The notes under the pieces: model-generated
The model's database searches: none
The model's input: the letters and a program-made list of their open reading frames with translations, nothing else
Told to the model about the DNA's origin: nothing
From: an uncultured Alphaproteobacteria bacterium
Lineage (GTDB): Bacteria; Pseudomonadota; Alphaproteobacteria; HIMB59; GCA-002718135
DNA length: 64,000 nucleotides
Reading direction: 5' to 3'
Assembly (NCBI GenBank): GCA_902597015.1
Contig: CACJWQ010000006.1
Coordinates: 3,513-67,512 of the forward strand
Position numbers and translations under genes: made by a program
Shown here: in pieces, positions 40,014 through 49,864 of the stretch
Position numbering within the stretch: the first letter of the stretch is position 1
Layout of the letters: the number at the start of each line of letters is the position of its first letter

Positions 40014-41789
40014 ATGCAAATTTATAAAACACCGCTACGTGAGTTTAAATTTCTAATTGAAGATTTTTTAAATCTTAAGGAAAGTGAAACATTAAAAAAA
40101 TTAGATTTAGAAACAAGCGATCTAATGCTTATTATTGAAGAAGCAGCAAAACTGTGTGAAGAAACCTTACTCCCACTTAATCAAAGTGGAGATAGCGAAG
40201 GATGTTCATTTAATAATGGAGTTGTGACTGCACCAAAGGGATTTAAAGAAGCTTATAAAACTTTTTCTGAAAATGGCTGGCAGGGACTTAAAGTAAAAGA
40301 AGAATTTGGTGGCCAAAACCTTCCTTATATTATGAATATGATTTTAGATGAAATGATAAGTTCTACAAATATGTCATTTGGTCTTTACCCAGGTCTTACA
40401 GCAAATGCAATCGATGCAATTGAAAAGAGTGCTAATGAAGATTTGAAACATACTTATTTGCCAAATTTAACTAGTGGTAAGTGGACAGGAACAATGAATT
40501 TAACTGAACCTCAATGTGGAACAGATCTTGGATTAAGTAAAACAATGGCAACACCATTAGATGATGGAAGTTATAGCATTACAGGTACTAAAATTTTTAT
40601 CACATGTGGAGAGCACGATCTAAGTGAAAATATTATTCATTTAGTACTAGCAAGAACACCAAATGCGCCCCCTGGTATAAAAGGTATAAGTTTATTCTTG
40701 GTTCCTAAATTTTTACCAAATGGAAGCGGAGATTTTGTTGAAAGAAATAAAGTTGAATGTGGATCAATAGAGAAGAAGATGGGTATTCATGCTAGCCCAA
40801 CCTGCGTCATGCATTATAATGAAGCTAAGGGCTGGCTAGTAGGCGATCTTAATAAAGGAATGAGAGCGATGTTTATAATGATGAATGGAGCTCGTTTGTT
40901 TGTAGGCATACAAGGCTTAGGCTTATCAGAAACTGCTTATCAATCAGCACTTTATTATTCTAAAGAGCGTTTACAAGGAAAATTATCTTCAAGCAATCAA
41001 GTTGCTGATCCCATAATTGTTCATCCTGAAATAAGAAAAAACTTATTGTATATAAAATCGATTAATGAAGCAGTTAGAGGTTTAACTTTATTGGCTGGAA
41101 ATCAATTTGATAATATTGAAAATTCTTCAGATGAAAAAGATAAGAAATTATCTGAAAATTTTATAGCACTTATGACACCAATTATTAAATCATATGCTTC
41201 AGATAAATCTGTAGAAAATACAAATCGAGCTATGCAAATCTATGGAGGCCATGGCTTTATAACTGATCATGGAATGGAACAATTAGTAAGAGATGCTAGG
41301 ATTACAACTATCTATGAAGGAACAAACGGTATTCAGGCTTTAGATTTAATAGGAAGAAAATTACAAACTGACAATGGTGCATTATTTAATGAATTTTTTA
41401 CAATGATAGATAGTTATCAGGATACAATTAATAATAATCAAGGTATGAAAAAATATATTGATTTATTTATGCCTGCATATGATTCTTACAAAAGTATTTT
41501 TGAATATATTAAATCGTTAAATGATGAAAACGAAATTAATTCTCATGCTGTAGAATTTTTAAATTTATCATCTTTGATTTCTCTAGGTTATATTTGGTTG
41601 CAGTATATTGAAATCTCATTAGCAAAATTAGAAAAGCAAGATGAAAGTTTTTATAAATCTAAAATTGAAACTGGTAATTTCTTTTTAACTAAATTATTAA
41701 GTGAGACTCAAGTTCTTTGTCAAAATATAAAATCTGGTGGAAAATACTACAATGATTATAATGATAAATATTTCGAAACAGCAATTTAA
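40014..41789 (+). CDS. Long-type acyl-CoA dehydrogenase (FadE/DmdC-like)
   Basis: GTMNLTEPQCGTDLG, GISLFLVPK, KMGIH, IYEGTNGIQALDL. Confidence 0.92.
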   Translation: MQIYKTPLREFKFLIEDFLNLKESETLKKLDLETSDLMLIIEEAAKLCEETLLPLNQSGDSEGCSFNNGVVTAPKGFKEAYKTFSENGWQGLKVKEEFGGQNLPYIMNMILDEMISSTNMSFGLYPGLTANAIDAIEKSANEDLKHTYLPNLTSGKWTGTMNLTEPQCGTDLGLSKTMATPLDDGSYSITGTKIFITCGEHDLSENIIHLVLARTPNAPPGIKGISLFLVPKFLPNGSGDFVERNKVECGSIEKKMGIHASPTCVMHYNEAKGWLVGDLNKGMRAMFIMMNGARLFVGIQGLGLSETAYQSALYYSKERLQGKLSSSNQVADPIIVHPEIRKNLLYIKSINEAVRGLTLLAGNQFDNIENSSDEKDKKLSENFIALMTPIIKSYASDKSVENTNRAMQIYGGHGFITDHGMEQLVRDARITTIYEGTNGIQALDLIGRKLQTDNGALFNEFFTMIDSYQDTINNNQGMKKYIDLFMPAYDSYKSIFEYIKSLNDENEINSHAVEFLNLSSLISLGYIWLQYIEISLAKLEKQDESFYKSKIETGNFFLTKLLSETQVLCQNIKSGGKYYNDYNDKYFETAI

Positions 41790-42094
41790 TGACTATAAAA
41801 ATTTATAAACCTTCAAAAACTTCCATGCAATCAGGTTTTAAAAAAACTAAATTATGGTTAGCTGAATATATTTCTGAAGTAGAAAAAGTAAAAGATTCTT
41901 TAATGGGGTGGAATAGTTCATTAGACACCAAATCTCAGATTAAACTTTTTTTTGACACGAAAGAACAAGCTATTGAATGGGCAAAAAAAAATAATTATCA
42001 ATATTTTGTCGAAGAACCAAAGCAAAGAAAAATTAAACCAAAAAGTTATGCTTCAAATTTTGATACAAATAGAAAAGAGCCTTGGACACATTAA
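41789..42094 (+). CDS. Complex I accessory subunit (NDUFS4-like)
   Basis: IYKPSKTSMQSG, LMGW, KSYASNF, WTH. Confidence 0.9.
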   Translation: MTIKIYKPSKTSMQSGFKKTKLWLAEYISEVEKVKDSLMGWNSSLDTKSQIKLFFDTKEQAIEWAKKNNYQYFVEEPKQRKIKPKSYASNFDTNRKEPWTH

Positions 42095-42141
42095 GTATAA
42101 TTTCTTTCTTTATTTTTTAGACTATGATAAATGCAAACTAT

Positions 42142-42217
42142 GCGCCCGTAGCTCAGTGGATAGAGCAACCGCCTTCTAAGCGGTAGGTCAAATGTTCGAA
42201 TCATTTCGGGCGCGCCA
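42142..42217 (+). tRNA. tRNA-Arg(TCT)
   Basis: GCGCCCG...CGGGCGC-G-CCA, anticodon loop CTTCTAA. Confidence 0.96.
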
Positions 42218-42221
42218 AATA

Positions 42222-42842
42222 TTAAAATTTTGCTGCTTCCTCATCTATAAATGCATTGAAAGAAACTGATCTTCTTTCCTCATCAGAAAAGAACGGATAG
42301 ACTGTATGCATCATATAACTTGGAAATATAAATAAATCTCCAACTTCAGGTTTAATATCATACACAGATGAAACTAATAGCTGTGTTGATCCATGAATAA
42401 ATGCAATTTTTCCATTCTTATTTTGATCTTTATACGATGAGCCTAAGTCCTTTGGCATTTTTGTGTACATTACTCCTGACAGATGGCCATCATGCCAATG
42501 AATTGGATTATAGTCACTCTCAAATTGACAAACAGCCCAACTAGATTTTAAATCAAATTTCTTAATTTCTTTTTGTAGTGTTGATTTAACAAAATTAAAT
42601 ACAAATTTATAAAGAACATCTTTTAAATTTTGATCAAGAAATTCTTTTGTTAATCTAATTTCAAATTTAATTTCACCTGCTAATTGTTTGCCATGATATA
42701 ATTCATCAATTTTATTTTCATCTTTCAATATTTCATCAATATGATTGTTGAGTGTAGTTATTGTATCATCTGATAATTTATATTTGCCTATAGCTGGTGA
42801 AAATGGTCGTATAATTTGACCTTGAATCATGCTTTCGTTCAT
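42222..42842 (-). CDS. Putative 2OG-Fe(II) oxygenase (TIGR02466-like)
   Basis: PIHWH..LSGVMY, GDLFIFPSYMMHTV, ERRSVSFN. Confidence 0.8.
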   Translation of the reverse strand: MNESMIQGQIIRPFSPAIGKYKLSDDTITTLNNHIDEILKDENKIDELYHGKQLAGEIKFEIRLTKEFLDQNLKDVLYKFVFNFVKSTLQKEIKKFDLKSSWAVCQFESDYNPIHWHDGHLSGVMYTKMPKDLGSSYKDQNKNGKIAFIHGSTQLLVSSVYDIKPEVGDLFIFPSYMMHTVYPFFSDEERRSVSFNAFIDEEAAKF

Positions 42843-42890
42843 ATTTTATTAACTTTAATTATATTAAATATTATAATATAGTTAAATAAA

Positions 42891-43232
42891 ATGAAATATA
42901 ATTTAAACTGTCATTGTGGAGCGGTTGAATTAGAAGTTTTAACAGACTTAGAAATCATTAAACAGTGTAACTGCTCTATTTGTATAAGAAAAAACGCTAA
43001 AATGTGTATGGTCCCTAAAGAAGCAATAAATATTCTTAAAGGAAAAGAAAACTTAACTTCTTACAAATTTAACACAATGATCGCTGAACATTTTTTTTGT
43101 AAGATTTGTGGCATCTATACTCATCATCATAGGAGAAGTGATCCAAATGGGGCAGCAATAAATATTGGATGTATAGATTCAATTGATCCTTTTAAATATG
43201 ATGCTGACTTTATTGATATGAAAAATAAATAA
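42891..43232 (+). CDS. GFA/CENP-V family zinc protein
   Basis: CHCGAV, CNCSIC, FCKICG. Confidence 0.88.
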   Translation: MKYNLNCHCGAVELEVLTDLEIIKQCNCSICIRKNAKMCMVPKEAINILKGKENLTSYKFNTMIAEHFFCKICGIYTHHHRRSDPNGAAINIGCIDSIDPFKYDADFIDMKNK

Positions 43233-43236
43233 TTTT

Positions 43237-44223
43237 ATGTCGTTTGAATTTTTAATTTCGAAAATTCAAAAAAATAATTTTTTACTCATAGGTAGAGCAG
43301 GAATTGATATTTATCCTGATCCACCGGGGACTAAAACTGAAAACGCCAAATCATTTGTTACCCATCTTGGAGGATCTTCTGCAAATATGGGTGTCCAATT
43401 AACTTTATTTGGAGGTAATTGTAATTTACTGACCAGAGTATCTGATGATGCTTTAGGTAAATTGGCTATTAATCAACTAAATCATTATGGTGTTAAAAAC
43501 AAATTAGTAGAATTTGAAAAAAATGAATCAAGAATTTCTTTTGCTGTTGTTGAAACCACAGTTAAAGATCATCAATCAATTATTTATAGACATAAAGCTT
43601 CTGATTTATTTTTAAATAAAGATGATGTTGAAAATGCTAATATACAAAATTTTGATTGTTTATTAATTACTGGTACTTCTTTAGCAGCTGAGCCTTCGAG
43701 AAGTGCTACTTTATATGCTTTAGATATAGCAAATAAAAATAATATTCCTGTAATTATGGACATTGATTATAGACCATATACTTGGGAATCATCAAAAAAA
43801 GCGAAAGAAGTTTATAATTTAGCAGCAAGTAAATGTAGTGGTGTAATTGGAAATGATGATGAGTTTGGTATATTAGCCGGTGATTACAACAATGGTTTGG
43901 ATCATGCTAGACAATTAGCTAAAAATGTAAGCTTAATTATTTATAAAAAAGGTGAAAAAGGCTCTATTACTTTTGCAATGAACAAAGTAATTAAAAAGGG
44001 AATATTTCCCGTAAAGCCTTTGAAACCAACTGGAGCTGGTGATGCATTTATGGGGTCATTAATTGGATCAATTTTAAAGAATAATGATTTAGAAAAATCT
44101 ATAGAAATAGGTTCAGCAGCAGCAGCTATTGTAGTGACAAAAGTTGGTTGTGCGCCAGCAATGCCAAATTTAAATGAAATTTTAAAATTTATGAAATATA
44201 ATAAAATTAATGAAGGAGAATAA
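43237..44223 (+). CDS. iolC: 5-dehydro-2-deoxygluconokinase (PfkB family)
   Basis: GRAGIDIY, GGSSAN, DIDYRP, GAGDAF; precedes iolB. Confidence 0.88.
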   Translation: MSFEFLISKIQKNNFLLIGRAGIDIYPDPPGTKTENAKSFVTHLGGSSANMGVQLTLFGGNCNLLTRVSDDALGKLAINQLNHYGVKNKLVEFEKNESRISFAVVETTVKDHQSIIYRHKASDLFLNKDDVENANIQNFDCLLITGTSLAAEPSRSATLYALDIANKNNIPVIMDIDYRPYTWESSKKAKEVYNLAASKCSGVIGNDDEFGILAGDYNNGLDHARQLAKNVSLIIYKKGEKGSITFAMNKVIKKGIFPVKPLKPTGAGDAFMGSLIGSILKNNDLEKSIEIGSAAAAIVVTKVGCAPAMPNLNEILKFMKYNKINEGE

Positions 44224-44224
44224 T

Positions 44225-45067
44225 ATGCATATTCCACCATTTGATAATAAGAACAAGCCAATTGTAGATATTGAGGACAACAGAGTTCCTTTAAATTATT
44301 TTAACATAGTAAAATTAAATAAAGATCAATCTTTTGAGTATCAAACCCCTGGTTATGAAACATGTATAGTACCTGCTACTGGAACAATTAATGTAGAAAT
44401 TGAAGGAATAAAAGTTGATTCATTAGGCACTAGAACAGTTGATGTGTGGGATGGGGAGCCAGAAGGTGTTTATGTTCCCTCTAATACAAAAGCTAAATTT
44501 ACATCTTCAGTAGATAATTCAGAAATTTTTATTGCTGGTGCAAAGTATCATAAAACTCTTGAACCATTTGCTGTTCGAGCAAATGAAATTGATTTAGTTC
44601 AGTACGGCTCTGATGATACAAAAACTCATAGAAAAATTAAACATATTTTAGGCGCTAAGCATCATGATAAAGTTGGAAGATTGCTTTGTAATGAACTTTA
44701 TACCGTTGGGCAGGGAGGTTGGTCGGGGTTTCCACCCCATAAGCATGATACAGATCGTCTACCTGATGAAACTAGACATGATGAAACGTATAATTACAGA
44801 TTTAAACCTAATAATGGATTTGGTTTTCAGATGTTTCAGCAAGTTGATGATAAAGTTGGGAAAGCTGAGCATATAATTGATGGCTCAACCGTCATGATTA
44901 GAACGGGCTATCATCCTTGTGTTGTGGCACCTGGGTATGAGATGTATTATTTCACAATTCTTGGAGGACTTTCTCAAAGATCTCTTGTGCAATTTTTTCA
45001 ACCTGAACATGCATATCAAGTTGAAACTATTCCTGGCATTAAAGATATGATTGCTAAATATAAATGA
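44225..45067 (+). CDS. iolB: 5-deoxy-glucuronate isomerase
   Basis: GGWSGFPPHKHD, ETYNYR, GYHP; AAGGAG RBS before ATG 44225. Confidence 0.9.
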   Translation: MHIPPFDNKNKPIVDIEDNRVPLNYFNIVKLNKDQSFEYQTPGYETCIVPATGTINVEIEGIKVDSLGTRTVDVWDGEPEGVYVPSNTKAKFTSSVDNSEIFIAGAKYHKTLEPFAVRANEIDLVQYGSDDTKTHRKIKHILGAKHHDKVGRLLCNELYTVGQGGWSGFPPHKHDTDRLPDETRHDETYNYRFKPNNGFGFQMFQQVDDKVGKAEHIIDGSTVMIRTGYHPCVVAPGYEMYYFTILGGLSQRSLVQFFQPEHAYQVETIPGIKDMIAKYK

Positions 45068-45894
45068 CAGCAGTAAATTTAAAAACTTTACTAACTAAAG
45101 CTAATCGTAATAATTATTCTGTAGCTGGATTAGTCGTAATTAGTTGGGAAGATGCTATTGCTTACACAGAGGCTGCACATGAAACAAAAATTCCAATTAT
45201 TTTACAAGCAGGACCTTCTTGTAGACAATATACTCCTGTTTCTATTTTGGGAAAAATGTTTAGACATCTTGCTGAACAAACTAAAACGCCTATTTGTTGT
45301 CATTTAGATCATGGATTTTCATATGATGAATGTATCGAAGGAATAGAATCTGGTTTTACATCAGTAATGTTTGATGGATCAAAACTTCCATTAAATAAAA
45401 ATATCAAAATTAGTTCAAAAATATCAAATATTGCTCATAAACATAATATTTCAGTTGAAGGGGAAGTAGGTATAGTAGGCTATCATAATGGCAATACATC
45501 TTTTGGAACAGATATTGAGGAAGCAAAAAAATATAGTTTAGAGAGTGGAGTAGATGCTATGGCAATATCAGTTGGTAATACACATTTGCAACAATCAAAG
45601 ATAGCAAAAATAGATTATAATAAAATCTTAAAAATTCAAAAAATATCGAAATTACCTTTAGTTTTACATGGTAGTAGTGGTATAAATTCTAATATGAGAA
45701 AAAAAATAGCAAGAAACACGAAAGTAGCTAAATTTAATATAGGCACCGAATTAAGAATAACAGCATGTAAAAGCTTAAGAAAAAGTTATAACAAAAAAAA
45801 ATCAAGTTTTGATAAAATAGAGATAATAAAGCCTTCAATAATTGAATTAAAAAAACATACAAAAAAAATAATAAAAAATATTGGGCCAATATAA
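45064..45894 (+). CDS. iolJ: Class II fructose-bisphosphate-aldolase-family protein, probably IolJ
   Basis: HLDHG, SVMFDGS, VEGEVG, GNTH, LVLHGSSG; follows iolCB. Confidence 0.75.
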   Translation: MTAVNLKTLLTKANRNNYSVAGLVVISWEDAIAYTEAAHETKIPIILQAGPSCRQYTPVSILGKMFRHLAEQTKTPICCHLDHGFSYDECIEGIESGFTSVMFDGSKLPLNKNIKISSKISNIAHKHNISVEGEVGIVGYHNGNTSFGTDIEEAKKYSLESGVDAMAISVGNTHLQQSKIAKIDYNKILKIQKISKLPLVLHGSSGINSNMRKKIARNTKVAKFNIGTELRITACKSLRKSYNKKKSSFDKIEIIKPSIIELKKHTKKIIKNIGPI

Positions 45895-46778
45895 TGAATG
45901 TCTTAGGCTTTATTGGTGGAAGTGGAATTTATAAACTAGAATTTTTAACTGATATAAAAGAACATCAAATTAAATCTTCATTTGGCGATCCCTCAGGTCC
46001 AATTATTGAGGGTAAAATAGATAATAACACTGTATATTTTTTATCACGTCATGGAGAGGGTCATACTTTGTCACCATCTTCAATTAATTATTGTGCCAAT
46101 ATTGATTGTTTAAAACAAGTTGGTGTAACCGATTTGATATCTCTTTCAGCCGTAGGTTCTTTAAAAGATAACTTAAAACCAGGTACATTTGTTATTGTTG
46201 ATCAATTTATAGATAGAACAATAAACAGAAAAAAAAGTTTTTTTGATAAAGGAATTGTTGCTCATGTCCCTATGGCTCATCCAACATGTGAGATTTTGAT
46301 GAATTTATCAAAAAATATATGTGAAAATATTAAAATCAATTATTCATTAGGCGGAACATATCTTGCAATGGAAGGACCTCAGTTTTCAACTTATGCTGAG
46401 TCAAATCTTTATATTGATTGGGGTTGTGATGTTATAGGAATGACAAATATGCCAGAAGCAAAATTAGCAAGAGAAGCGGAAATTAGATATTGTTCTATTT
46501 CCATGGTTACAGATTATGATTGCTGGCATCCAGATCATGATAAAGTAGATTTAAGTATGATTATAAAAACCTTAAATGATAATGTTGATAATTCAAAAAA
46601 TTTTATTAAAAATTTTAGCTCAAAATACTATGAAGGTGTATCTTTTGAAAATGATAAAACATCCAATATTTTAGATACATCTATAATTACAAAAAAAGAA
46701 TTTTGGGATAAAGACTTAGAGGATAATTTATCCAATATATTAAAAAGATATAAGAAAAATTCTAATGCTAGTAAATGA
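45894..46778 (+). CDS. mtnP: 5'-methylthioadenosine phosphorylase
   Basis: IGGSG, RHGEGH, EGPQFST, GMT, TDYDCWH. Confidence 0.93.
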   Translation: MNVLGFIGGSGIYKLEFLTDIKEHQIKSSFGDPSGPIIEGKIDNNTVYFLSRHGEGHTLSPSSINYCANIDCLKQVGVTDLISLSAVGSLKDNLKPGTFVIVDQFIDRTINRKKSFFDKGIVAHVPMAHPTCEILMNLSKNICENIKINYSLGGTYLAMEGPQFSTYAESNLYIDWGCDVIGMTNMPEAKLAREAEIRYCSISMVTDYDCWHPDHDKVDLSMIIKTLNDNVDNSKNFIKNFSSKYYEGVSFENDKTSNILDTSIITKKEFWDKDLEDNLSNILKRYKKNSNASK

Positions 46779-47844
46779 TAAACATTTAACAACTATTTGG
46801 TATGATAAAGCTAAAGAAGTTGTAAAAATAATAGATCAAAGGCTTTTACCATTTGAATTAAGGATTGTAGAATTAAATACACTAGAAGATTTTTGTTTTG
46901 CTATTAAAGAAATGCAAGTTAGGGGCGCACCCCTAATAGGTGTCACTGCTGCATATGGAATGTATGTAGCATCTAAAACTACTAAAAATTTTTCAGAATT
47001 AGAAAAAGCAGGTGACAGTCTTAAGTCAACAAGACCCACAGCAGTTAATTTATCCTGGGCAGTAGATAAAATTATCACTGAGATTAAAGATATGGAAAAA
47101 TCTAGCTTACAAGAAATAATTCTTTCAATTGCTAATGAGATCAGAGAGCAAGATATAATTAATTGCAAAGCAATTGGCGAAAATGGCTCTAAACTTATTG
47201 AAAATATTTACAAAAAAACGCAAAAAAAAGTAAATGTTTTAACTCACTGTAATGCTGGGTGGTTAGCTACTGTTGATTGGGGAACCGCTTTAGCACCAAT
47301 ATTTATTGCAAATCAAAAAAAAATCCCCATACATGTTTGGATTGACGAAACCAGACCTAGAAATCAAGGTTTCAGTCTTACAGCTTGGGAATTAATGCAT
47401 GAAAAGATAGAAAATTCATTAATCGTAGACAACGTTGGTGGTCATTTAATGCAAAATGGCATGATAGATCTTTGTATAACTGGAACAGACAGAACCTCTT
47501 TAAATGGTGATGTTTGTAATAAAATTGGCACGTATTTAAAGGCTCTAGCTGCTAAAGATAATGATATTCCCTTTTACGTTGCAGCACCGATTTCCAGTAT
47601 AGATTTTAATATTAAGAATGGAGTAAAAGAAATACCTATAGAAGAAAGAGATCCAACCGAAGTATCCATTATTGAGGGTATTGACGAAAACAATAATAGA
47701 AAGAAAATTAAAATTATACCTGAAGGCTCAAATTGTAAAAACTATGCCTTTGATATAACTCCTGCAAAATATATTACTAAATTGATTACAGAAAAAGGAG
47801 TTATAGATAGTAATGAAGAATCTATTGGTGGATTAAAAAATTAA
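46765..47844 (+). CDS. mtnA: Methylthioribose-1-phosphate isomerase
   Basis: DQRLLP, VRGAPLIG, RPTAVNL, THCNAG, ETRP, NKIGTY, FDITP. Confidence 0.94.
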   Translation: MLVNDKHLTTIWYDKAKEVVKIIDQRLLPFELRIVELNTLEDFCFAIKEMQVRGAPLIGVTAAYGMYVASKTTKNFSELEKAGDSLKSTRPTAVNLSWAVDKIITEIKDMEKSSLQEIILSIANEIREQDIINCKAIGENGSKLIENIYKKTQKKVNVLTHCNAGWLATVDWGTALAPIFIANQKKIPIHVWIDETRPRNQGFSLTAWELMHEKIENSLIVDNVGGHLMQNGMIDLCITGTDRTSLNGDVCNKIGTYLKALAAKDNDIPFYVAAPISSIDFNIKNGVKEIPIEERDPTEVSIIEGIDENNNRKKIKIIPEGSNCKNYAFDITPAKYITKLITEKGVIDSNEESIGGLKN

Positions 47845-47845
47845 T

Positions 47846-49864
47846 ATGAAAAATGAATGGAAAGAAAGTTTAGCTAAAAAATATATCAAAGAATATCAGT
47901 TAAAGAAAGTTAGCAAAGATTTAGCATTAAGAATATACTCAACACATTTACTAGGAAATAATCCAGAACTCGTTTTACATGGAGGAGGCAATACATCTGT
48001 AAAATCAATTAAAAAAAATTTATTTGGAAAAGAAAACGATGTACTTTTTGTAAAAGGAAGTGGATGGGATATGTCAAACCTAAATGAAAGAGGATTACCA
48101 GGTCTGTATCTTGATCCTTTACTTAAAACTCTATCCTTAAAAAAAATGAGTGATGAAAAGATGGTTAATTATTTAAGATCAAACTTACTTGATTCAAATT
48201 CTCCTAATCCATCAATTGAAACTCTTTTACATGCTTATTTACCATTTAAATATGTAGATCATACACATTCAAATGCGATTTTAAGTTTAGTCAATCTAGA
48301 TAATTCAAAAGAGATATTAAATAAAATTTACAAAGATAAAATTGCAATAGTTCCATACGTAATGCCAGGATTTGAACTTGCTAAATTATGTCATATGGTA
48401 ATTTCAAAAAATCATAAAATTGAAGGATTAATACTTTTAAATCATGGCATTTTCACTTTTGGAAGTTCAGCAAAACAAAGTTATGATAGAATGATTAAGC
48501 TTGTGACATTAGCTGAAAATTTTTTAAACAAGCAAAAAAAATTAATAAAATATAATAATAATAATAATAATAAAAAAATAAATATAGCTGATGTTCAATT
48601 ATGTATTAGAAATATATATCATTCCTTTACAGATAAAAGATGGATAATAAAATTTAATGATAAAATTGAAGATGTAAAATTTACAAATCGAAAAGATTTA
48701 TTTAATTTATTTAATAAAGGACCTGTTACGCCTGATCATGTTATTAGAATAAAATCTGAACCATTAATAATACCCAACAAACATTTATCATCTAACAAAA
48801 TGATTTCTAATCATATTAAAACATATATTAAAAAATATAAAAATTATTTTAAAAAATATAAAAAAAATATTACAAATTCCAAAATTGCTGATCCTTTACC
48901 AAGAATTATTATTTTAGAAGGAATAGGTTTTCTATCAATAGGTCTTAATAAAAAAGAAATGCAAGTTTCTTACGACATATTTGATGCAATGAAAAAAGTT
49001 ATAATTAAAGCAAATTTAGTTTCAAAATTTAAATCAATTAACAACACAGATATTTTTAAAATGGAATACTGGCCATTAGAAAGAGCAAAACTGAATAATC
49101 AAAATACAAAAAAATTTAGTGGGAATATTGCAGTAATTACGGGTGGGGCTGGTAAAATTGGAAGCGCGATTGCAAATAAATTTATAAATGAAAATATTGA
49201 AGTCATACTTTTAGATAAAAACTTTAAAAATCTTGATATCAATATCAAAAAAAAATGTCTATGTATTGAGTGTGATTTAACCAATAATTCTCAAATCAAT
49301 AAAGCATTAAACAAGATATTAAAATTATTCGGTGGTATAGATATTCTAATAGCAAACTCTGGTGCAGCATTTCAAGGTAGTATGCTAAATGTAAAAAAAG
49401 ATATTTTAGAAAAAAGTTTAGAGGTTAATTTTTATAGTCATCATAATATTGTCCAAAAAATTGCAAATATTATGGTATCACAAGGTTTTGGTGGTTCAAT
49501 CTCTCTTAATTTGTCAAAACAATCTATAAATCCTGGTAAAGATTTTGGACCATATGGTATTGCAAAAGCTAGTTCGTTATTTTCTATGAAACAATATGCT
49601 TTAGAATTTGGAAAATATAATATTCGAGTTAATGGAATTAATGCTGATCGTATAAAAAGTGGTTTATTAACTGATCAGTTTATTAAAGAAAGAGCAAAAG
49701 CTAGAAATATGTCTTCAACTGAATATTTAAATAATAATTTACTTCAAAAACAAGTAACTGCAGAAGATGTTGCTGAAGCATTTTTTGCACAATTATCATT
49801 TGAAAAAACAACAGGGAATATTATTACTGTTGATGGTGGTAATATTGAAGCTAGTTTAAGATAG
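47846..49864 (+). CDS. Bifunctional class II aldolase / short-chain dehydrogenase
   Basis: N-terminal GGGNTSVK, PSIETLLH, DHTH, NHG; C-terminal TGGAGKIG, YGIAK, VDGG. Confidence 0.9.
   Translation: MKNEWKESLAKKYIKEYQLKKVSKDLALRIYSTHLLGNNPELVLHGGGNTSVKSIKKNLFGKENDVLFVKGSGWDMSNLNERGLPGLYLDPLLKTLSLKKMSDEKMVNYLRSNLLDSNSPNPSIETLLHAYLPFKYVDHTHSNAILSLVNLDNSKEILNKIYKDKIAIVPYVMPGFELAKLCHMVISKNHKIEGLILLNHGIFTFGSSAKQSYDRMIKLVTLAENFLNKQKKLIKYNNNNNNKKINIADVQLCIRNIYHSFTDKRWIIKFNDKIEDVKFTNRKDLFNLFNKGPVTPDHVIRIKSEPLIIPNKHLSSNKMISNHIKTYIKKYKNYFKKYKKNITNSKIADPLPRIIILEGIGFLSIGLNKKEMQVSYDIFDAMKKVIIKANLVSKFKSINNTDIFKMEYWPLERAKLNNQNTKKFSGNIAVITGGAGKIGSAIANKFINENIEVILLDKNFKNLDINIKKKCLCIECDLTNNSQINKALNKILKLFGGIDILIANSGAAFQGSMLNVKKDILEKSLEVNFYSHHNIVQKIANIMVSQGFGGSISLNLSKQSINPGKDFGPYGIAKASSLFSMKQYALEFGKYNIRVNGINADRIKSGLLTDQFIKERAKARNMSSTEYLNNNLLQKQVTAEDVAEAFFAQLSFEKTTGNIITVDGGNIEASLR

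Noticed and set aside
41952-42179. 75-aa ORF overlapping the NDUFS4-like gene and tRNA-Arg
   Set aside because: Runs through a clear tRNA; spurious
48553-48573. (TAA)7 microsatellite giving a poly-Asn run in the aldolase/SDR protein
   Set aside because: In-frame triplet repeat in a probable linker of very AT-rich DNA; no phase-variation effect expected
47846-49864. Default annotation as a rhamnose catabolism enzyme
   Set aside because: No rhamnose isomerase, kinase or transporter nearby; context is mtnP-mtnA
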